A stretch of DNA of 64,000 nt. Origin: Macrostomum lignano. Lineage: Eukaryota. The stretch lies in NCBI GenBank assembly GCA_002269645.1, contig NIVC01000811.1:124001-188000 (forward strand), in the 5' to 3' direction. The translations under genes were made by a program, and so were the position numbers. The notes under the pieces are model-generated. The model saw only the letters and a program-made list of their open reading frames with translations. It did no database searches and was not told the DNA's origin. This document shows positions 24,910 to 40,400 of this stretch, one piece after another. How positions within the stretch are numbered: the stretch's first letter is position 1; each line of letters begins with the position of its first letter.

Positions 24910-26994
24910 AACTGAGACTAAGCAGCAACTTAACAATGAATAGTGCTTGTGCAGCTCATCACTTTTTTATTTTATTGTACTTTTCAGCACGCATTTTTTG
25001 TTTTTATCGTAACGCGAGCTCCTCCAAGTTGCTTGTCGGTCAGAGACTATAACTCTTTTTAAAGCCAATGTAGATTATTCCCCATTCTCAAACCACAGCC
25101 AGGTTTTTCGTTCCAGCTTCTTTTTTCTTATTATTAACTGGACTCATCTTTTTGTGCTGAGCACTAGTCTTATTTTTTTGTCGACGCACTTCTAAAAGAA
25201 TTCGATGCGCTTTTCTTGCAGCAAAAAACGTAACATTTAGAATGTCGCCATCGGAGAAACGTCAGCAACAAAACAAAAATAAAAGAAAAAAGTTATGAGA
25301 ACATCGTTCAGTTTCCTAGTAGAGTAGGTATATAAATATAAATGAAAAACAAAATTGATTTTTTCTTCATTCACACACTTGAATTTTCTTAGTACTAAGA
25401 AAATGCTTAGAAAATGCCCGAATGCTTACAAGCGTACATGTATTACAAATAGACCTATCGCGACTTTCCTAGTCGTTTCTTTAGTTCACCTTCACTTGTC
25501 TCTGTTTACTCTGTTTTCTCTCTGTCTAGCTCAATCTTGTTATTCTTGTCTCTCTCTCCCTTGCTGCCTTCTGATTGAGTCAGATTGACTCTTCATTCTC
25601 GCCTATCTCTTCAGTCGCGCACTCCACCACACTCCACTCCTCTTCCTTATTATTCTGGGCTCAACCCCCAAATATAAAATGTTCTATAAATACATCGGTT
25701 CGAGCCCTGCGCCCACTTCTGCTTTGTCTTCAATATAACTCATCTAACAGTAAATATAGAATATAGTCTTATTTTCTCTACAAGACCTTCATTTTATATT
25801 ACTGCACTAGTGACGAGTAAGGTGTGCCGTCTTATGTATTATTCAAATGAAAATTTCCGTAAAATTATACGTTCGTATACGTATGTGGTTAAAAAGTATG
25901 TTTCATTCTTCAGGCAGCCTAACAGTATCGAAGTGATTTACCTGTACTAAGCAAAAAATATAAACAGAATCCCTAAAAACTAGCTTAAATAAATGTCCTT
26001 AAAATACATAATAAAATAAGCAACGAAATAGGCGAAATCCATTAAATAGTTCTTAGTATTTTATTTACTCAAATTATTAGTTTTGATATTTTCGTGCGCG
26101 GAAATACATCCTAACAAATTATTTTGTAGCGATTTGACAGCAAGTAATATTTAATTCAAGGATTTAATCGCTTTAATAAAAAACAATTTTATTGTTAAAA
26201 AAAAATTAATTATTAAAAATACAGTGCAGTGTCAATGTCTACTCTTGGTGGCACAGTAATTTTAAATTGTCTTATGTAAACGAAATTTTTACTAGTCGGG
26301 CGCGGGTTGATAATATTGTTGAATAAATTTACGAAAAATGTCGCAAGTAAAGTTGCAGGAAAGCATCGTGTAAGTGTTTCGATTTTTCTTGAGAAGCCTT
26401 AAAGTAAGCACAAATAAATTATGAAGAGCTTTAAAAATATATGAAAATGTATCTAACAATGCTTTAAGGTCCATTGTGATTTTGGCTTGCGATTCTCACA
26501 TAATTAGAAATACAGTAATATCTTACTAAAACAAGATCGAGACTTCAAGGGGAGTTTTTTAATTTTATTGCTGAGAAAAAAACAGTTCTATGTTTATTCT
26601 GTCAAGCAATATTTAAAAAACACAAAAAGCTATGCACAGAAAAAATTATTTGGGAATTGGGATAGTGTTAGTCCTGTTAGTTTTGCTGGCTACAGTATAG
26701 TCTTGCTGTTACTATATAAATACTTTAATGCAGGAATATCTATTTAAACTTTAATAAACTTTAGAGAAGAAATATAAATACTCTATTAGTACTCTTTACT
26801 CTTCCTGAAAGTATTCTGTTGTTATGCTTAAACTGGAAACTCATTAAAACCATTTGAATGTAATTTTTGTTTACAATTTTTTCCTATTCTAAAACTGTTT
26901 ACCACCAGCAAGTTTGAACAGAAAATTAACAGTTGATTAAAACAAAATTTACAGAAAACATACATATGTATTTATTTATTTAATTTGAACTCAG

Positions 26995-28210
26995 GACCAG
27001 CAGCAGGCCAGCTGCGGCCGGGCAAAGTGCCGCTAACGCGTCAAAAAAGGCGCGCCAGTCCCGCAAAGGATTTTACGCGTCCGGCTTGTACGCTTCGCGC
27101 GCCACGAGCGGAGTGTCGTCCAGAAAATCCGGCGAAGAAAAAGGCGTCTGGAGCAAATACCCCCGGCTGCCCAATGACCAGGGCGGAGAGGACACGCCCA
27201 AGCCCCTGCTGGAGGACGACAAGAAGGTGTCCTACGACACTAAGGAAACTGTAAGTTTAATTAGCTTCTTGATTACTTTTTTCGGGATTCTCTTGCTTTT
27301 GGAAACCCTTGTGATTAAGCCTTATTGTAAGCCCATCGCTAGCAGTGCAGTGTCCTTGGCAACTAATAGCTTCCTTCTCAACCACCGTCAAATATGGTAG
27401 CTTTCTTGGATTTCTCCCCATCCACACAGCTTCCTTGGCAACCATAAAACACATTTAGCTTCCTTGGCAACCAAAAAGTACACTTAGCATATTTGGTAGC
27501 CATAAAAAATCGCGCATTTGCACATAGTTTGGATGTTTCAATTTTAACCAACCACTGCACCACAACGCCCCCCCCCCCAGCCATCTGAGCTGGCCTCGCA
27601 GTCGCAGAGCTCGCAGCTGCAGTTACAGCCGGAGAAGAGCAGCATCGGCCTGGGCAGCCGGTCAATACAGAGCAGCAGCGTCGTGTCCATCGGCTCCGAC
27701 TACGGCGACGACTACGGCGACAGGGGCAGCGTTGACCAGCTGCACTGGACGGAGATGAAGACCCTCAGAGATCAGATGGAGTCTCCTCTAACCGAAGCAG
27801 ATCTAGAAGCTGATGTTGACATTGAAATCAGCGAGACGGACACCATCTGGCTGCTGGACATCAAGCCGAAGCTGGTGAATCCCGAGACTGACGGCGATCT
27901 CGCCGAACTGATCAAGCAACGCAATGAGGCCTACAAAGCTCTGCTGGCCGATAAGGTGAGACTGGACGCTCTTATGCTCTTAATAGGGTGTGATCAAATG
28001 AAGAACCACTTCGCGGTTCGAGTTGTCACGCTCCAGACGCGTGTTGATAGTCACGTGATCAGGCTTGGGCTGGTTGGTTAGCAATGTACACTTCTATGCG
28101 TACATTAACGGTAGAGCTATAAGTGAACCGAAACGGGGTTCCACTTAGATAATATAGTTGGTTAGTCAGTTAGTTAGTTAGTTAGTCAGTTAGTTAGTTA
28201 GCTAGTTAGC

Positions 28211-28292
<82 letters not shown>

Positions 28293-28369
28293 GTTTGTTT
28301 GTTTGTTTGTTAGTTAGTTGTTAGTTAGTTAGTTAGTTGTTAGTTAGTCAGTTAGTTAGTTAGTTAGTC

Positions 28370-28419
<50 letters not shown>

Positions 28420-31400
28420 CTAGATAGTTAGCAAGTAGTCATTACCCATTTTGCTGATCCGTGAGCCCGCACAAGCACACGGATACGCACTCAGGTGTAC
28501 AGCGGCCCTCACAAAAACTCGCAACAGAAGTTCCCTTAACCCACCGCTGTTCAGGTCGGCAACGACAAGTACGTGGCTCGCGAGATGAACACCCTGGAGG
28601 CCACAAAGATGACGAAGCCCTGCCAAACTGACGAAATTGGCCGATCAGAGTTTGGCAACACGGCCAGCGGCTGGGACATGTTCGACTCGTTCCAGGCTCA
28701 GCTGGAGAAGGAGAAAGCCGATCGCTTCGAGAAGAAGACGGACGAGGAGCTGGCCAAGGAGGCCGAGCAGCAGCAGGGCGACGATCCGCTTGAAGACAAT
28801 CGGAGACCGCTGGAGCCGACTTCGAAATCGCCCGCGTTCGTTGGTGAGTAGATACTGGCTTTCTCAGGTTTAGAGCTGAGTGCCTAACCTTTCGCGACAT
28901 AACATGCTTTAATTACTTAACATGCGCTTAGTCCGTTTACCATATCGCCAATTTGTCCGTTTTATTACCTAAATTAAATGGTGTTGTTCCTTTCATTGGG
29001 TGTTGGTTTTATGGGGGTTGGTTTTATGGGGGTTGGTTTAATGGGGGTAGGTTTTATGGCGGTTGGTTTTACGGGGGTTGGTTTTATGGGGATTGGTTTT
29101 ATGGGGTTGGTTTTATGGGGTCGGTTTAATGGGGGTTGGTTTTATAGGGTGCCGGTTCTATGGGCGTTGGTTTCTTGGGGTGTTGGTATTGTGGGGTGTT
29201 GGTATTGTGGGGGTGTTGGTATTGTGGGGTGTTGGTATTGTGGGGGTGTTGGTTTTATTTGGTGCAAATTGTAAGCTTGTAGGGTTGATTTTAACACTTA
29301 ATTAGAAGTCAAGATGCTGCCATTTTTACCTTTCAATAAAACAAACTCGCTTAACTAATTAATTGCGACGCGGTCGCGGCAGCAGACCAAGCAACAGTCG
29401 ACAGTCCGGATCAAATGGGTAGTCGCAGCGGGAGCAGCGCGCGAACAGGCGTCGAATCCACCATGTCGATGCGACCTGCCGCCAGTAAGGCGCAAGCGGC
29501 CTCCGCCCTGCCCCCCACCTCTGTTGAATTCTGTAGAATGATGCACTTCTGTTGAGGGCATTTTTCAATATCATGTATATTAACAGAACATTGAGGTTCT
29601 AATGCGAAAAACATATTAGTCTTAGTCAAACTTAGTAAATTTCCTTAGCTACTCAGTGAGTCATCTTTTATAGATAATCTAGTGACTCATCCCATTAGCT
29701 ACCCAGTGACTCTTCACATTAGCTACTTAGTGACTCATCCCATTTGGTACCCAGTGACTCATCCCACTAGCTCATTCTTATTTCCCTCATTCATTCGCAA
29801 TGTACTTACGCTCATATTAAAGTACATATACCCTAAAAAGTAGCATTCCGATTAAATTTAATCTCTTTTAAGATGGTAAATACTTGAACCTTATTAGAAC
29901 AATTAAAAATTAACGCAAAACATTTGCACATGTTTATTTATCATCTATAACTTTTCTGCCTGTCTCTATTTCTTTGCACAGAAATTTCGTTTTAAATTTG
30001 ATTTAAAATTTTTATAATTTTTGCATGCCTCTGACAGACTATTTCTGCTAAATTTCGACTCTAGACTTGTTACTTCTTTTAAAGCAGGTTTGCACTTTAT
30101 AGCAACCTAAGCAGCAGAAAGCTATCTACTCGTATATACAGTAGTATTCCAACTAGCAAGAATACAGGTATATTGTACGAATGTATGCTTCCGTGAAATT
30201 TTTGCATTTTTCCAGCGTTCTTCCTACGAGTAGCATGGACTTTTCCACTCTATTCTAGTTTGAATAGCGTAAAGATGCGTCTCTTCTACGCTCGTACGAA
30301 CACGATTACAGCTGATTTTATAAAAAATTTTGGCCCACTGCCCCTCGCGGAGAATCATTTCAACAGCCCCAGCTGGTTTTATTGCAAATTTTATTGGCCT
30401 ACTGCCCCTCGCTTAGAATCAGTCCAACAGCCCCTCGCTTAGAATCAGTCCAACAGCCCCTCGCTTAGAATCAGTCCAACAGCCCTCGCTTAGAATCAGT
30501 CCAACAGCCCCTCGCTTAGAATCAGTCCAACAGCCCCTCGCTTAGAATCAGTCCAACAGCCCCAGCTGGTTTTATTGCAAATTTATTGGCCTACTGCCCC
30601 TCGCGGAGAAGCAGCCCAACAGCCCCAGCTGATTTTATTGCAAATTTTATTGCCCTACTGCCCCTCGCTTAGAATCAGTCAAACAGCCCCAACAGGTTTT
30701 ATTGCAAACTTTATTGGCCTACTGCCCCTCGCTTAGAATCAGTCCAACAGCCCCAGCTGGTTTTATTGCAAATTTTATTGCCCTACTGCCCCTCGCGGAG
30801 AATCAGTCCAACAGCCCCAACTGGTTTTATTGCAATTTTTATTGGCCCAGTGTCCCCCGCAGATCGTTAGTAAAAGAATTCAAACGGTTTTTTTATTGTT
30901 TCTTTGGCCCACCGTTCAACAGGACCTGATTCGTATATATTTTATATTTTAAGTACACCCGCACTTTAAAACATTCGTTAACCCAGGCCGCCAATCCACG
31001 ACTCCAAGCGTGCTAGATTCGGAATTCGGCACGGTGCGCGAGTCCGTTGCCATGACAGCGGAGGAGCAAGCTCAACTCGACGCTATTCTCACTGTGAGCG
31101 AAATACCTGATCTAGTCAAAAATAAAGAAATTCAAATCCTTTTAATCACGAATTTAATAAACCGTTTTTTAGTCGCCAAAGCTCAAACAGACCCTGTTTA
31201 TCATAGAACGCGCGGTTGTGCAGAACAACAGTCAAAATCTGCTGGCTACCTACCGACACCTGCCGATTATTGAGCGTAAGTAGCTGCATTATCCCGGCCA
31301 GGGAGCACAGGAGATAGGAAAGTGACAAACTCCCCTAAAAATGGGTCGAGAATGTGAATCCAAAGAGCCAAGCCTCCTAAATAATCAAATAAATGCAAAT

Positions 31401-34400
31401 ATGTAAACTCCATTTAAGAGGAATAGAAAGTCGTCTTACCCAAAAATCGAATACTAAACCGGAAACTCAATTACAGTGGACAAAACTGGAGACTCCGAGG
31501 CCGAAGCCTCCCAAGCGCTGCTGGTCCGTCAGAAATCTGGGGCCAGTTTGTCGCCTCACCTGGCCTACCTGTGGCGCTACTCATGCCCGGCAGTCAAGGG
31601 TCAAGCTGTCACCTGTATGGTTTGGAACAAGCAGAATAAGGTGAAATTTTGTTTCAATTCGTGCTTTTCAATTGTGCTTTTGAGTTGTACTTTTCAATTC
31701 CATTTGAATTGGGGATTTTTCCCATCCGTACGTTAATGGAGATCCCACCGATTCCCAATGACGATTTTTCTTCTATCCATTCATTGATTGAGATCCCACC
31801 GATTCCCAATGAGGATTTTTCTCCCATCCTCCATAGATTGAGATCCTACTGATTCCCAATGAGGATTTTTCTCCCATCCCCATAGATTGAGATGACACCC
31901 ACCGATTCCCAGGAGGGATTTTTCTCCCATCCTGCGATCCCACCGATCCCTAATGGGGATTGTTCTCTAGCTCAGTGCAAGAAGAACTAATCCCCCTACC
32001 TTTAACAATGGACTTTAGGACATTCTGGCGGTGAGCTACGGCAAACACGAATACGAACCCGAGATGAAGAACGGTCTAGTCTGCTGCTGGTCGGTGAAAA
32101 ATATCCAGCAGCCGGAGCGAGTATTCCGCACCAAGTCCGGCGTCACAGCGTTGTCTTGGTCCACCCAGTTCAGCTACTTGCTGGCTGCCGGCCTGTTCGA
32201 CGGTCACGTGCTTATCTTCGATGTCAGAACCGGATCGCAGGAGCCCGTCTTTGACTCATAGTGAGTTTTATTGACGCCCACCTCGCTCCGCCAAACATTA
32301 ACACCCACCTCACTCCGCCAAGCATTAACACCCGCCTCACCCCACCAAGCATTAACATCTGCCTCACTCCGCTAAGCATTAACACCCCCATTCCGCCAAG
32401 AATTGACACCCACCTCACTCCGCCAAGCATTAACACCACCTCACTCCGCCAAGCATTAACACCCACCTCACTCCGCCAAGCATTAACACCCACCTCACTC
32501 CGCCAAGCATTAACACTCACCTCACTCCGCCAAGCATTAACAACCACCTCACTCCGCCAAGCATTAACACCCATCTCACTCCGCCAAGCATTAACACCCA
32601 CCTCACTCCGCCAAGAATTAACACCCACCTAACTTCGTCAAAATTTAATACCCACCTCACTCCGCTAAGCATTAACAGCCACCTCACTCCGCCTGTCACA
32701 TCAGTCTATCGCCCGGACGTCACTTCGGCCCAGTGCGCCAGCTGGAATGGGTTCGCAAGGAGGCTGGCAAGCACGAGGAGACGCAGGAGGTCCTTGTCTC
32801 CGCCTCCTCGGACGGCCGCGTCATCCAATGGTCCATTCGAAAAGGTTTCGAGTTCAAGGAGCTGATGAAGCTGAAGAGGGTCACGACTGTGCTGCCCGGG
32901 CCAAGCCAAAAGCAGAAACAGCAGAAAGCAGACGCTCTGATCTCCAGACAGGCCTCCGGCTCCAGCATGGCCTTCAACCCCAACGATAAGAATGTGTGAG
33001 TGGCGACTCGGGACTTATGATTCGGGACTAAAGGGTTCGGGACTAAAGGATTCGGGACTAAAGGATTCGGGACTAAAGGATTCGAAACTAAATTATTCGG
33101 GACTAAAGGATTCGGGACTAAAGGATTCGGGACTAAATTATTTAGGACTTATGTACTCGGGACTAAATGATTTGGGACTAATGGATTCGGGACTAATGGA
33201 TTTGGGACTAAAGGATTCGGGACTAATGGATTCGGGACTAAATGATTCGGGACTAATGGATTCGGGACTAAAGGATTCGGGACTAAAGGATTCGGGACTA
33301 AAGGATTCGGGACTAAAGGATTCAGGACTAAATGATTTGAGACTTATGTACTTAGGACTAAATGATTTGGGACTAAAGGATTCGGGACTAAAGGATTCGG
33401 GACTAAATTATTCGGGACTGTGATAAATAGGCAATTAGATAAATAGCATGCACGGTGAGCAATTATTTAGGCCCTAGACAAACCTACTTGGAGCGTTCGA
33501 AGATTTTAAAGCTATTAATCCTAATCGCCTATCGCCGGTCGGCGAGTCCTACCAGTCTTTCTCCAATAGCCGCAGGTACAATACAGGAAAAGAAAGAACA
33601 CGAGGGAACACAAACCGAAAGATTTAGAGAGTGATAATCCTATATGATACAACTGATAATTGGCTAGACGATTTAATTTGATTACTTCAAGTTACAAGAT
33701 TCAAAATCAAAGCGGCGCAGATAACCAGAGTTGACAAAACGACGATAATGGTTAATAATAATAATTAGATTACGCAACTGGCAAGCAGATCTCAGCTGAG
33801 AAGAAGAGGAAGAAGAACCGAACACGACCACGGAGAAGACTCCTAACCCCTGGCCTAAACCAGAACCTACTCTCAAACGAGAGCCCTGCCGAATCGACCG
33901 TTCAACGGAGTACCGACTAAATTCTATCGGCACTGCCCTTCAGTGTGACACTGAGGCCCTCGGGGTCGAGGCCGCGTACTTGATCAGATCCGACAGTCTC
34001 TATCTAACCGCGCTTGATAGCGACGACTTCAGACAGAAATTTGCCGTAGACGTTACGCCACAAGACTGAAGCGGTTGGGCAAGGGAACAAAGATATGGAC
34101 CGGGGTGACGAAATCAAAACGCCTCAAAGCGCGAACCAAAGGGAAACAGGCCACCGGCCGGGAAGCTGGACAAAACCAAGAACCGGGGAAAGAAAGGCGG
34201 AAAGGAAGGCGAGATCTGATTGCCGAACACACTTTCATATATAGTCAGAGTCACAACCCCTCAAAACCCCCTCAAGCCGGGTGGTGGTCGTCTGGCCGGC
34301 CGCTTGCTTAAGCCGAATTGTACTGTGCCCGCGGCGCCGGGTAGAATTGAAACTTGCCGCGTGCCAGGGTCCAGGCCGGTTCTGATTGGCTGGCCGCGCA

Positions 34401-37400
34401 AAGCTGGGGTTCGCAGACAAAAACTCAACCCTCCGCTGAGTCACAATTGGCGTCTAACTCTAACCTGTTTACAATTTTAGATTTCAACCAACTAGAAAAA
34501 GTACACAAAAAACGCATGACTAAACTAGAGCAAAATAATAATTCAATAACAATAATGCAAAACCTAACTAATAGAATACGCAAAAGATGCTCACACTACA
34601 GGACTAAAGGATTCGGGACTGAAGGATTAGGAACTAAATTATTTAGGACTTATGTACTCGGGACTAAATGATTTGGGACTAATGGATTCGGGACTAAATA
34701 ATTCGGGACTAATGGATTCGGGACTAAAGGATTCGGGACTAAAGGATTCGGGACTAAAGGATTCGGGACTAAAGGATTCGGGACTAAAGGATTCGGGACT
34801 AAAGGATTCGGGACTAAAGGATTCGGGACTAAATTATTCGGGACTAAAGGATTCGGGACTAAAGGATTAGGAACTAAATTATTTAGGACTTATGTACTCG
34901 GGACTAAATGATTTGGGACTAATGGATTCGGGACTAAATGATTTGGGACTAATGGATTCGGGACTAAATGATTCAGGACTAATGGATTCGGGACTAAAGG
35001 ATTCGGGACTAAAGGATTCGGGACTAAAGGATTCGGGACTAAAGGATTCGGGACTAAAGGATTCGGGACTAAAGGCTTCGGGACTAAAGGATTCGGGACT
35101 AAATGATTTTTGAGACTTATGTACTCGGGACTAAATGATTTGGGACTAATGGATTCGGGACTAATGGATTTGGGACTAAAGGATTCGGGACTAAAGGATT
35201 CAGGACTAATGGATTCGGTACTAAATATTTCGATACATATCGTAAAAAATTCGAATCCGTGGATATTTCAGCTACCTGGTTGGCACAGAAGACGGCAACT
35301 TGCACAAGTGCAGCTGCTCCTACAACGAGCAATACCTTGAGAGCTACTTCGGCCATTCGAGTCCCGTCTATTCGGTCAAATGGTCGCCATTCCTGACTGA
35401 CGTGTTCATCAGCTGCGCAGCGGACTGGACCATCAACCTGTGGCAGGCCGACAGGACCAGGCCGGTCACCACCATGGGCTCGTCAACGGTGAGTTGCCGG
35501 GTTTGCGTCTCTCGGGAAACTTGTCTTTGATAAAGGGTATGGATTCATTCCTTTTGATCGATGGTATGGGATTTGGGATTGATGACATTGTGGGATCTCT
35601 GATCTGGGATCTGGGATTGATGACATCATGGGATCTGGGATCTAGGATCTGGGATTAATGACAGCATGGGATTTTGGGATCTGCGATCTGGAATTGATGG
35701 GATCTGGGATTAATGACAGCATGGGATCTGGGATTTGGGATTGTTGACATCATGGGATTTTGGGATCTGCGATCTGGAATTGATGGGATCTGGGATTAAT
35801 GACATCATGGGATCTGGGATCTGGGATTTAGTATTGATGTCATCATGCGATCTCTGATCTGGGATCTGGGATTGATGATATCATGGGATCTGGCATTTTG
35901 GATTGATGACATGATGGGATCTGGGATCTGGGATTTGGGATTGATGGCATCATGGGATTTTGGGATCTGGGATTGATGACATCATGGGATTTTGGGATCT
36001 GCGATCTGGAATTGATGGGATCTGGGATTAATGACAGCATGGGATCTGGGACTTGGGATGATATGAGATCTTATATCTTGGAATAATGGTTTGGGAATCG
36101 GATATTGATTTTATTGGATGTACTAGCATAGAATAGATTTTCTGAAGAGGCTGGGATCAATAATAATCAAGTTATGGAACCGATGTCAGATAATCAGGAA
36201 CTCATATCTTGGGGCTTGAACACCATAAGCTCGTGAAAAAATCGATAATTTCATATTGAACCTTGATTAAATTCCCTCAGAAATCCATCAACAGTCTGAG
36301 CTGGTCGCCAAAATCGTCCTGCATTTTCGCGTGCGTCAACGACGGCCAGCTGGAGGTGTGGAACATGGCGCATTCTACGTAAGTGCAAATTTCCGGGTTT
36401 TCTTAGAAATCGGTCCATTTCCACAAAACGGCAAAGGAATTTTTTGATAAAAGAAATGAAATTCAAATTTAAGCACCACAGATTATTTCAGTTTGAAAAG
36501 CAGTACTAACTTCAAAGGATCTTAGGTTTTTTAAATTTAAAGTGTAATTTAGGTCAAAATTTTAACAAAAAATCAAGACGTTTAAATTACAAGCAATTAG
36601 TCACCTTAAACTATCGCAATAGCAGGTCAGGTAGCGAACATATTAAAATGATGTTACGAAAGTTTTTTTTTCATATTATTTTTCTATGAAAGCAAAAGTT
36701 AGTTACACTAATTTCAAACAAAAGTATCAAATAATATTTTAGCCTCGATCCAATCATCACGGAACCAACTGACGAGGACACTGGCCGCTACACCCACGTA
36801 CTTTTCTCGGATAACAGCGACGTATGTGCATTATTTAAATATTTTCTAAATTATTAACTTGCAAATAACACAAAATCTAAAATACTACTAACTAAAAAAC
36901 AACTTACAGTAACATTAAAAGCAAATACTCGTATCTTACTTTTATTTCATGAAAAACGGAAGCAATTTAAACTTTCATGGGGAACGGTAGTTTTGGATGT
37001 ATAATCCTGAAGTACTCGTACGAGTCTTTAAATGGTATGGGATCATTCTAATGCGATGGGATATTCTGATGGGATAGGATGGGATCATTCTAATGCGATG
37101 GGATATTCTGATGGGATAGGATGGGATCATTCTGATTGTATAGGATCATTCTGGTCGGATGGAATCATTCTGATGGGATGGGATCATTCTGATGGGATGG
37201 GATCATTCTGATAGGATGGGATCATTCTGATGGGATGGGATAGGATCATTCTGATGGGATAGGATCATTTTGATGTGATGGGATGGGATCATTCTGATGG
37301 GACAGGATCATTCTGATGGGATAGGATCATTCTGATAGGATAGGATCATTCTGATGGGATGGGATCATTCTGATAGGATAGGATCATTCTGATGGGATGG

Positions 37401-40400
37401 GATCATTCTGTTATGGGATCAGTACGATGGTGTGGGATAATTCTAGATATGATGGGATTTAAACAATCTAATTGGCATAGGATTAATCCCAACGAAATTC
37501 GCAATCGAATCCTATGGCATGGGAGTTTCAATCTCGTGCATCAGCTGCTGCTGCTGCTGCTGCCTCGCCAGCATCTGCTGCCGGTCCCGAAGCCGCTGCT
37601 CGGTGGCGCAAAAGATGCAGCCGGTGGTGGAATGATCCTACGGGCCGTTACATGATCCTACGGGCCGTTACATGATCTGTTTGGTCTGTTACATGATCCT
37701 TTCGGTCTGTTACATGATCCTCTTGGTCTGTTACATGATCCTACGGGCCGTTACATGATCTGTTTGGTCTGTTACATGATCCTACGGGCCGTTACATGAT
37801 CTGTTTGGTCTGTTACATGATACTTTCGGTCTGTTACATGATCCTCTTGGTCTGTTACATGATCCTTTTGGTCTGTTACATGATCCTTTTGGTCTGTTAC
37901 ATGATCCGTTTGGTCTGTTACATGATCCTCTTGGTCTGTTACATGATTCTTTTGGGCTGTTACATGATCCTTTTGGTCTGTTACATGATCCTTTTGGGCT
38001 GTTACATGATCCTTTTGGCCTGTTACATGATCCGTTTGGGCTGTTACATGATCCTACGGGCTACAGACCAGTTACATGATCCTTTTGGGCTATTACATGA
38101 TTATCTTGGGTTGTTACATAATTATTTTTTAGTTTTTTACGTCATACAATTACCTGTTTCGCGACCCTACGGGCTGTTAAATGATCTTTCTAGATGGTTA
38201 CATGATTCTACAGGCTCTTGCATGATCCCAAGGATTGTCGTATCTTTTGGACTATATCAAATAATATTTTGAGCTGTACTACATGATCTTGAAAGTTAAT
38301 CCATGATTCTGAATTCCAATACATGATCTTGAAGGCTAATACATTATCCGAAAGTCTAATACATGATCTAAAAGTCCAATAGATAATCCCTGTATTTGAC
38401 AAGAAATTGCTTTTACACAAAATAAAACTTACCAAAATCCACAGATCAACTGTCTTGCAGATTTCCGAGTTGATCTGAAATGTGAATATTAAAAACTTTT
38501 AATAGGGCTGCCGGTCACTCTTTGTCTTCATAGAAAACTGGAATCGAAGGGAGGAAAGAGTGTGAGGGAGTTCAGGGCCAATAGTAGGCCTTCAAATATG
38601 TTTGCCAATATCTTTGGTTGGTTCTGAACGCTGATGAATGATTGATTGCCGCTGGCCTGGGGTCTGGTGGCCAAGGACCATTAGAACGTCTGGATTGGAA
38701 CTCGCTTCGAGTTTTGGAACAGTTTTTTGAATTTTAATAATTTCAAGGCAGTTTTTCCAAGTAGTCTTTTTGATTTATTTAGCTCTAAACCTTTAAACGC
38801 TAAGGAAATTTTGAAGGTCACTGACATAAATAGCAATCATTTAGTATCTATTTTGCTTTAATTGGCATTCAAAGCTTTTGTCTCCCAGTCCAGAAGCAAT
38901 TTCAGGGGTCCCTGGTACTGCGCGCCGATCCAATTAAAGCTTGTTTTTCCTTTGCTTTCTTTCCTCTTCTTCTAAAAGCAGCAATTTGAAACTTTGGCCT
39001 GGCAAGGTTCTGCATTCGGCACAGAGCCGGCATCTCTTGTCTAGGGGGGGGGGGGAATTCCTGACAAACTAATTGGGCCGATTGTTCAAACACATCCCCA
39101 AGGAAAGTTTCAGCTTGGCAACCAAATTATCAAGTGAAAGCGGGGGGTTCTGTCAGTAATTATGCCACCAGTTTTACAGAATCTGCCATCCGCTGTAACC
39201 AAACTTCAGAGCCTGCTGGTTGGCGATGCCCAGGGCAATGTGCAGGTCTTCAAGCTGGAAAATATGCCTTCGGCTCCGAAAAATCAGGTAAGTGTTTTTG
39301 CCAACGATTAATGGATAGAGATAAAGGTGTGAGGGACGGAGATAAGGGAGTGAGGGAGAGAGATAAGGGAGTGAGGGAGAGAGATAAGGGAGTGTGGGAG
39401 GGAGATAAGGGAGTGAGGGACAGAGATAAGGGAGTGAGGGAGGGAGATAAGGGAGTGAGGGAGAGAGATAAGGGAGTGAGGGAGAGAGATAAGGGAGTGA
39501 GGGACAGAGATAAGGGAGTGAGGGACAGAGATAAAGGAGAGAGGAAGAGAGATAAGGGAGTGAGGGAGGGAGATAAGGGAGTGAGGGAGAGAGATAAGGG
39601 AGTGAGGGAGAGAGATAAGGGAGTGAGGGACAGAGATAAGGGAGTGAGGGACAGAGATAAGGGAGTGAGGGACAGAGTTAAGGGAGTGAGGGACAGAGAT
39701 AAAGGACAGAGGAAGAGAGATAAGGGAGTGAGGGAGAGAGATAAGGGAGTGAGGGAGAGAGATAAGGGAGTGAGGGACAGAGATAAAGGAGAGAGGAAGA
39801 GAGATAAGGGAGTGAGGGAGAGAGATAAGGGAGTGAGGGAGAGAGATAAGGGAGTGAGGGACAGAGATAAAGGAGAGAGGAAGAGAGATAAGGGAGTGAG
39901 GGAGAGAGATAAGGGAGTGAGGGACAGAGATAAGGGAGTGAGGGAGGGAGATAAGGGAGTGAGGGAGGGAGATAAGGGAGTGAGGGACAGAGATAAGGGA
40001 GTGAGGGACAGAGATAAAGGAGAGAGGAAGAGAGATAAGGGAGTGAGGGAGAGAGATAAGGGAGTGAGGGACAGAGATAAAGGAGAGAGGAAGAGAGATA
40101 AGGGAGTGAGGGAGAGAGATAAGGGAGTGAGGGAGAGAGATAAGGGAGTGAGGGACAGAGATAAAGGAGAGAGGAAGAGAGATAAGGGAGTGAGGGAGAG
40201 AGATAAGGGAGTGAGGGACAGAGATAAGGGAGTGAGGGACAGAGTTAAGGGAGTGAGGGACAGAGATAAGGGAGTGAGGGAGAGAGATAAGGGAGTGAGG
40301 GACAGAGATAAGGGAGTGAGGGAGAGAGATAAGGGAGTGAGGAAGAGAGATAAGGGAGTGAGGGAGAGAGATAAGGGAGTGAGGGACAGAGATAAGGGAG

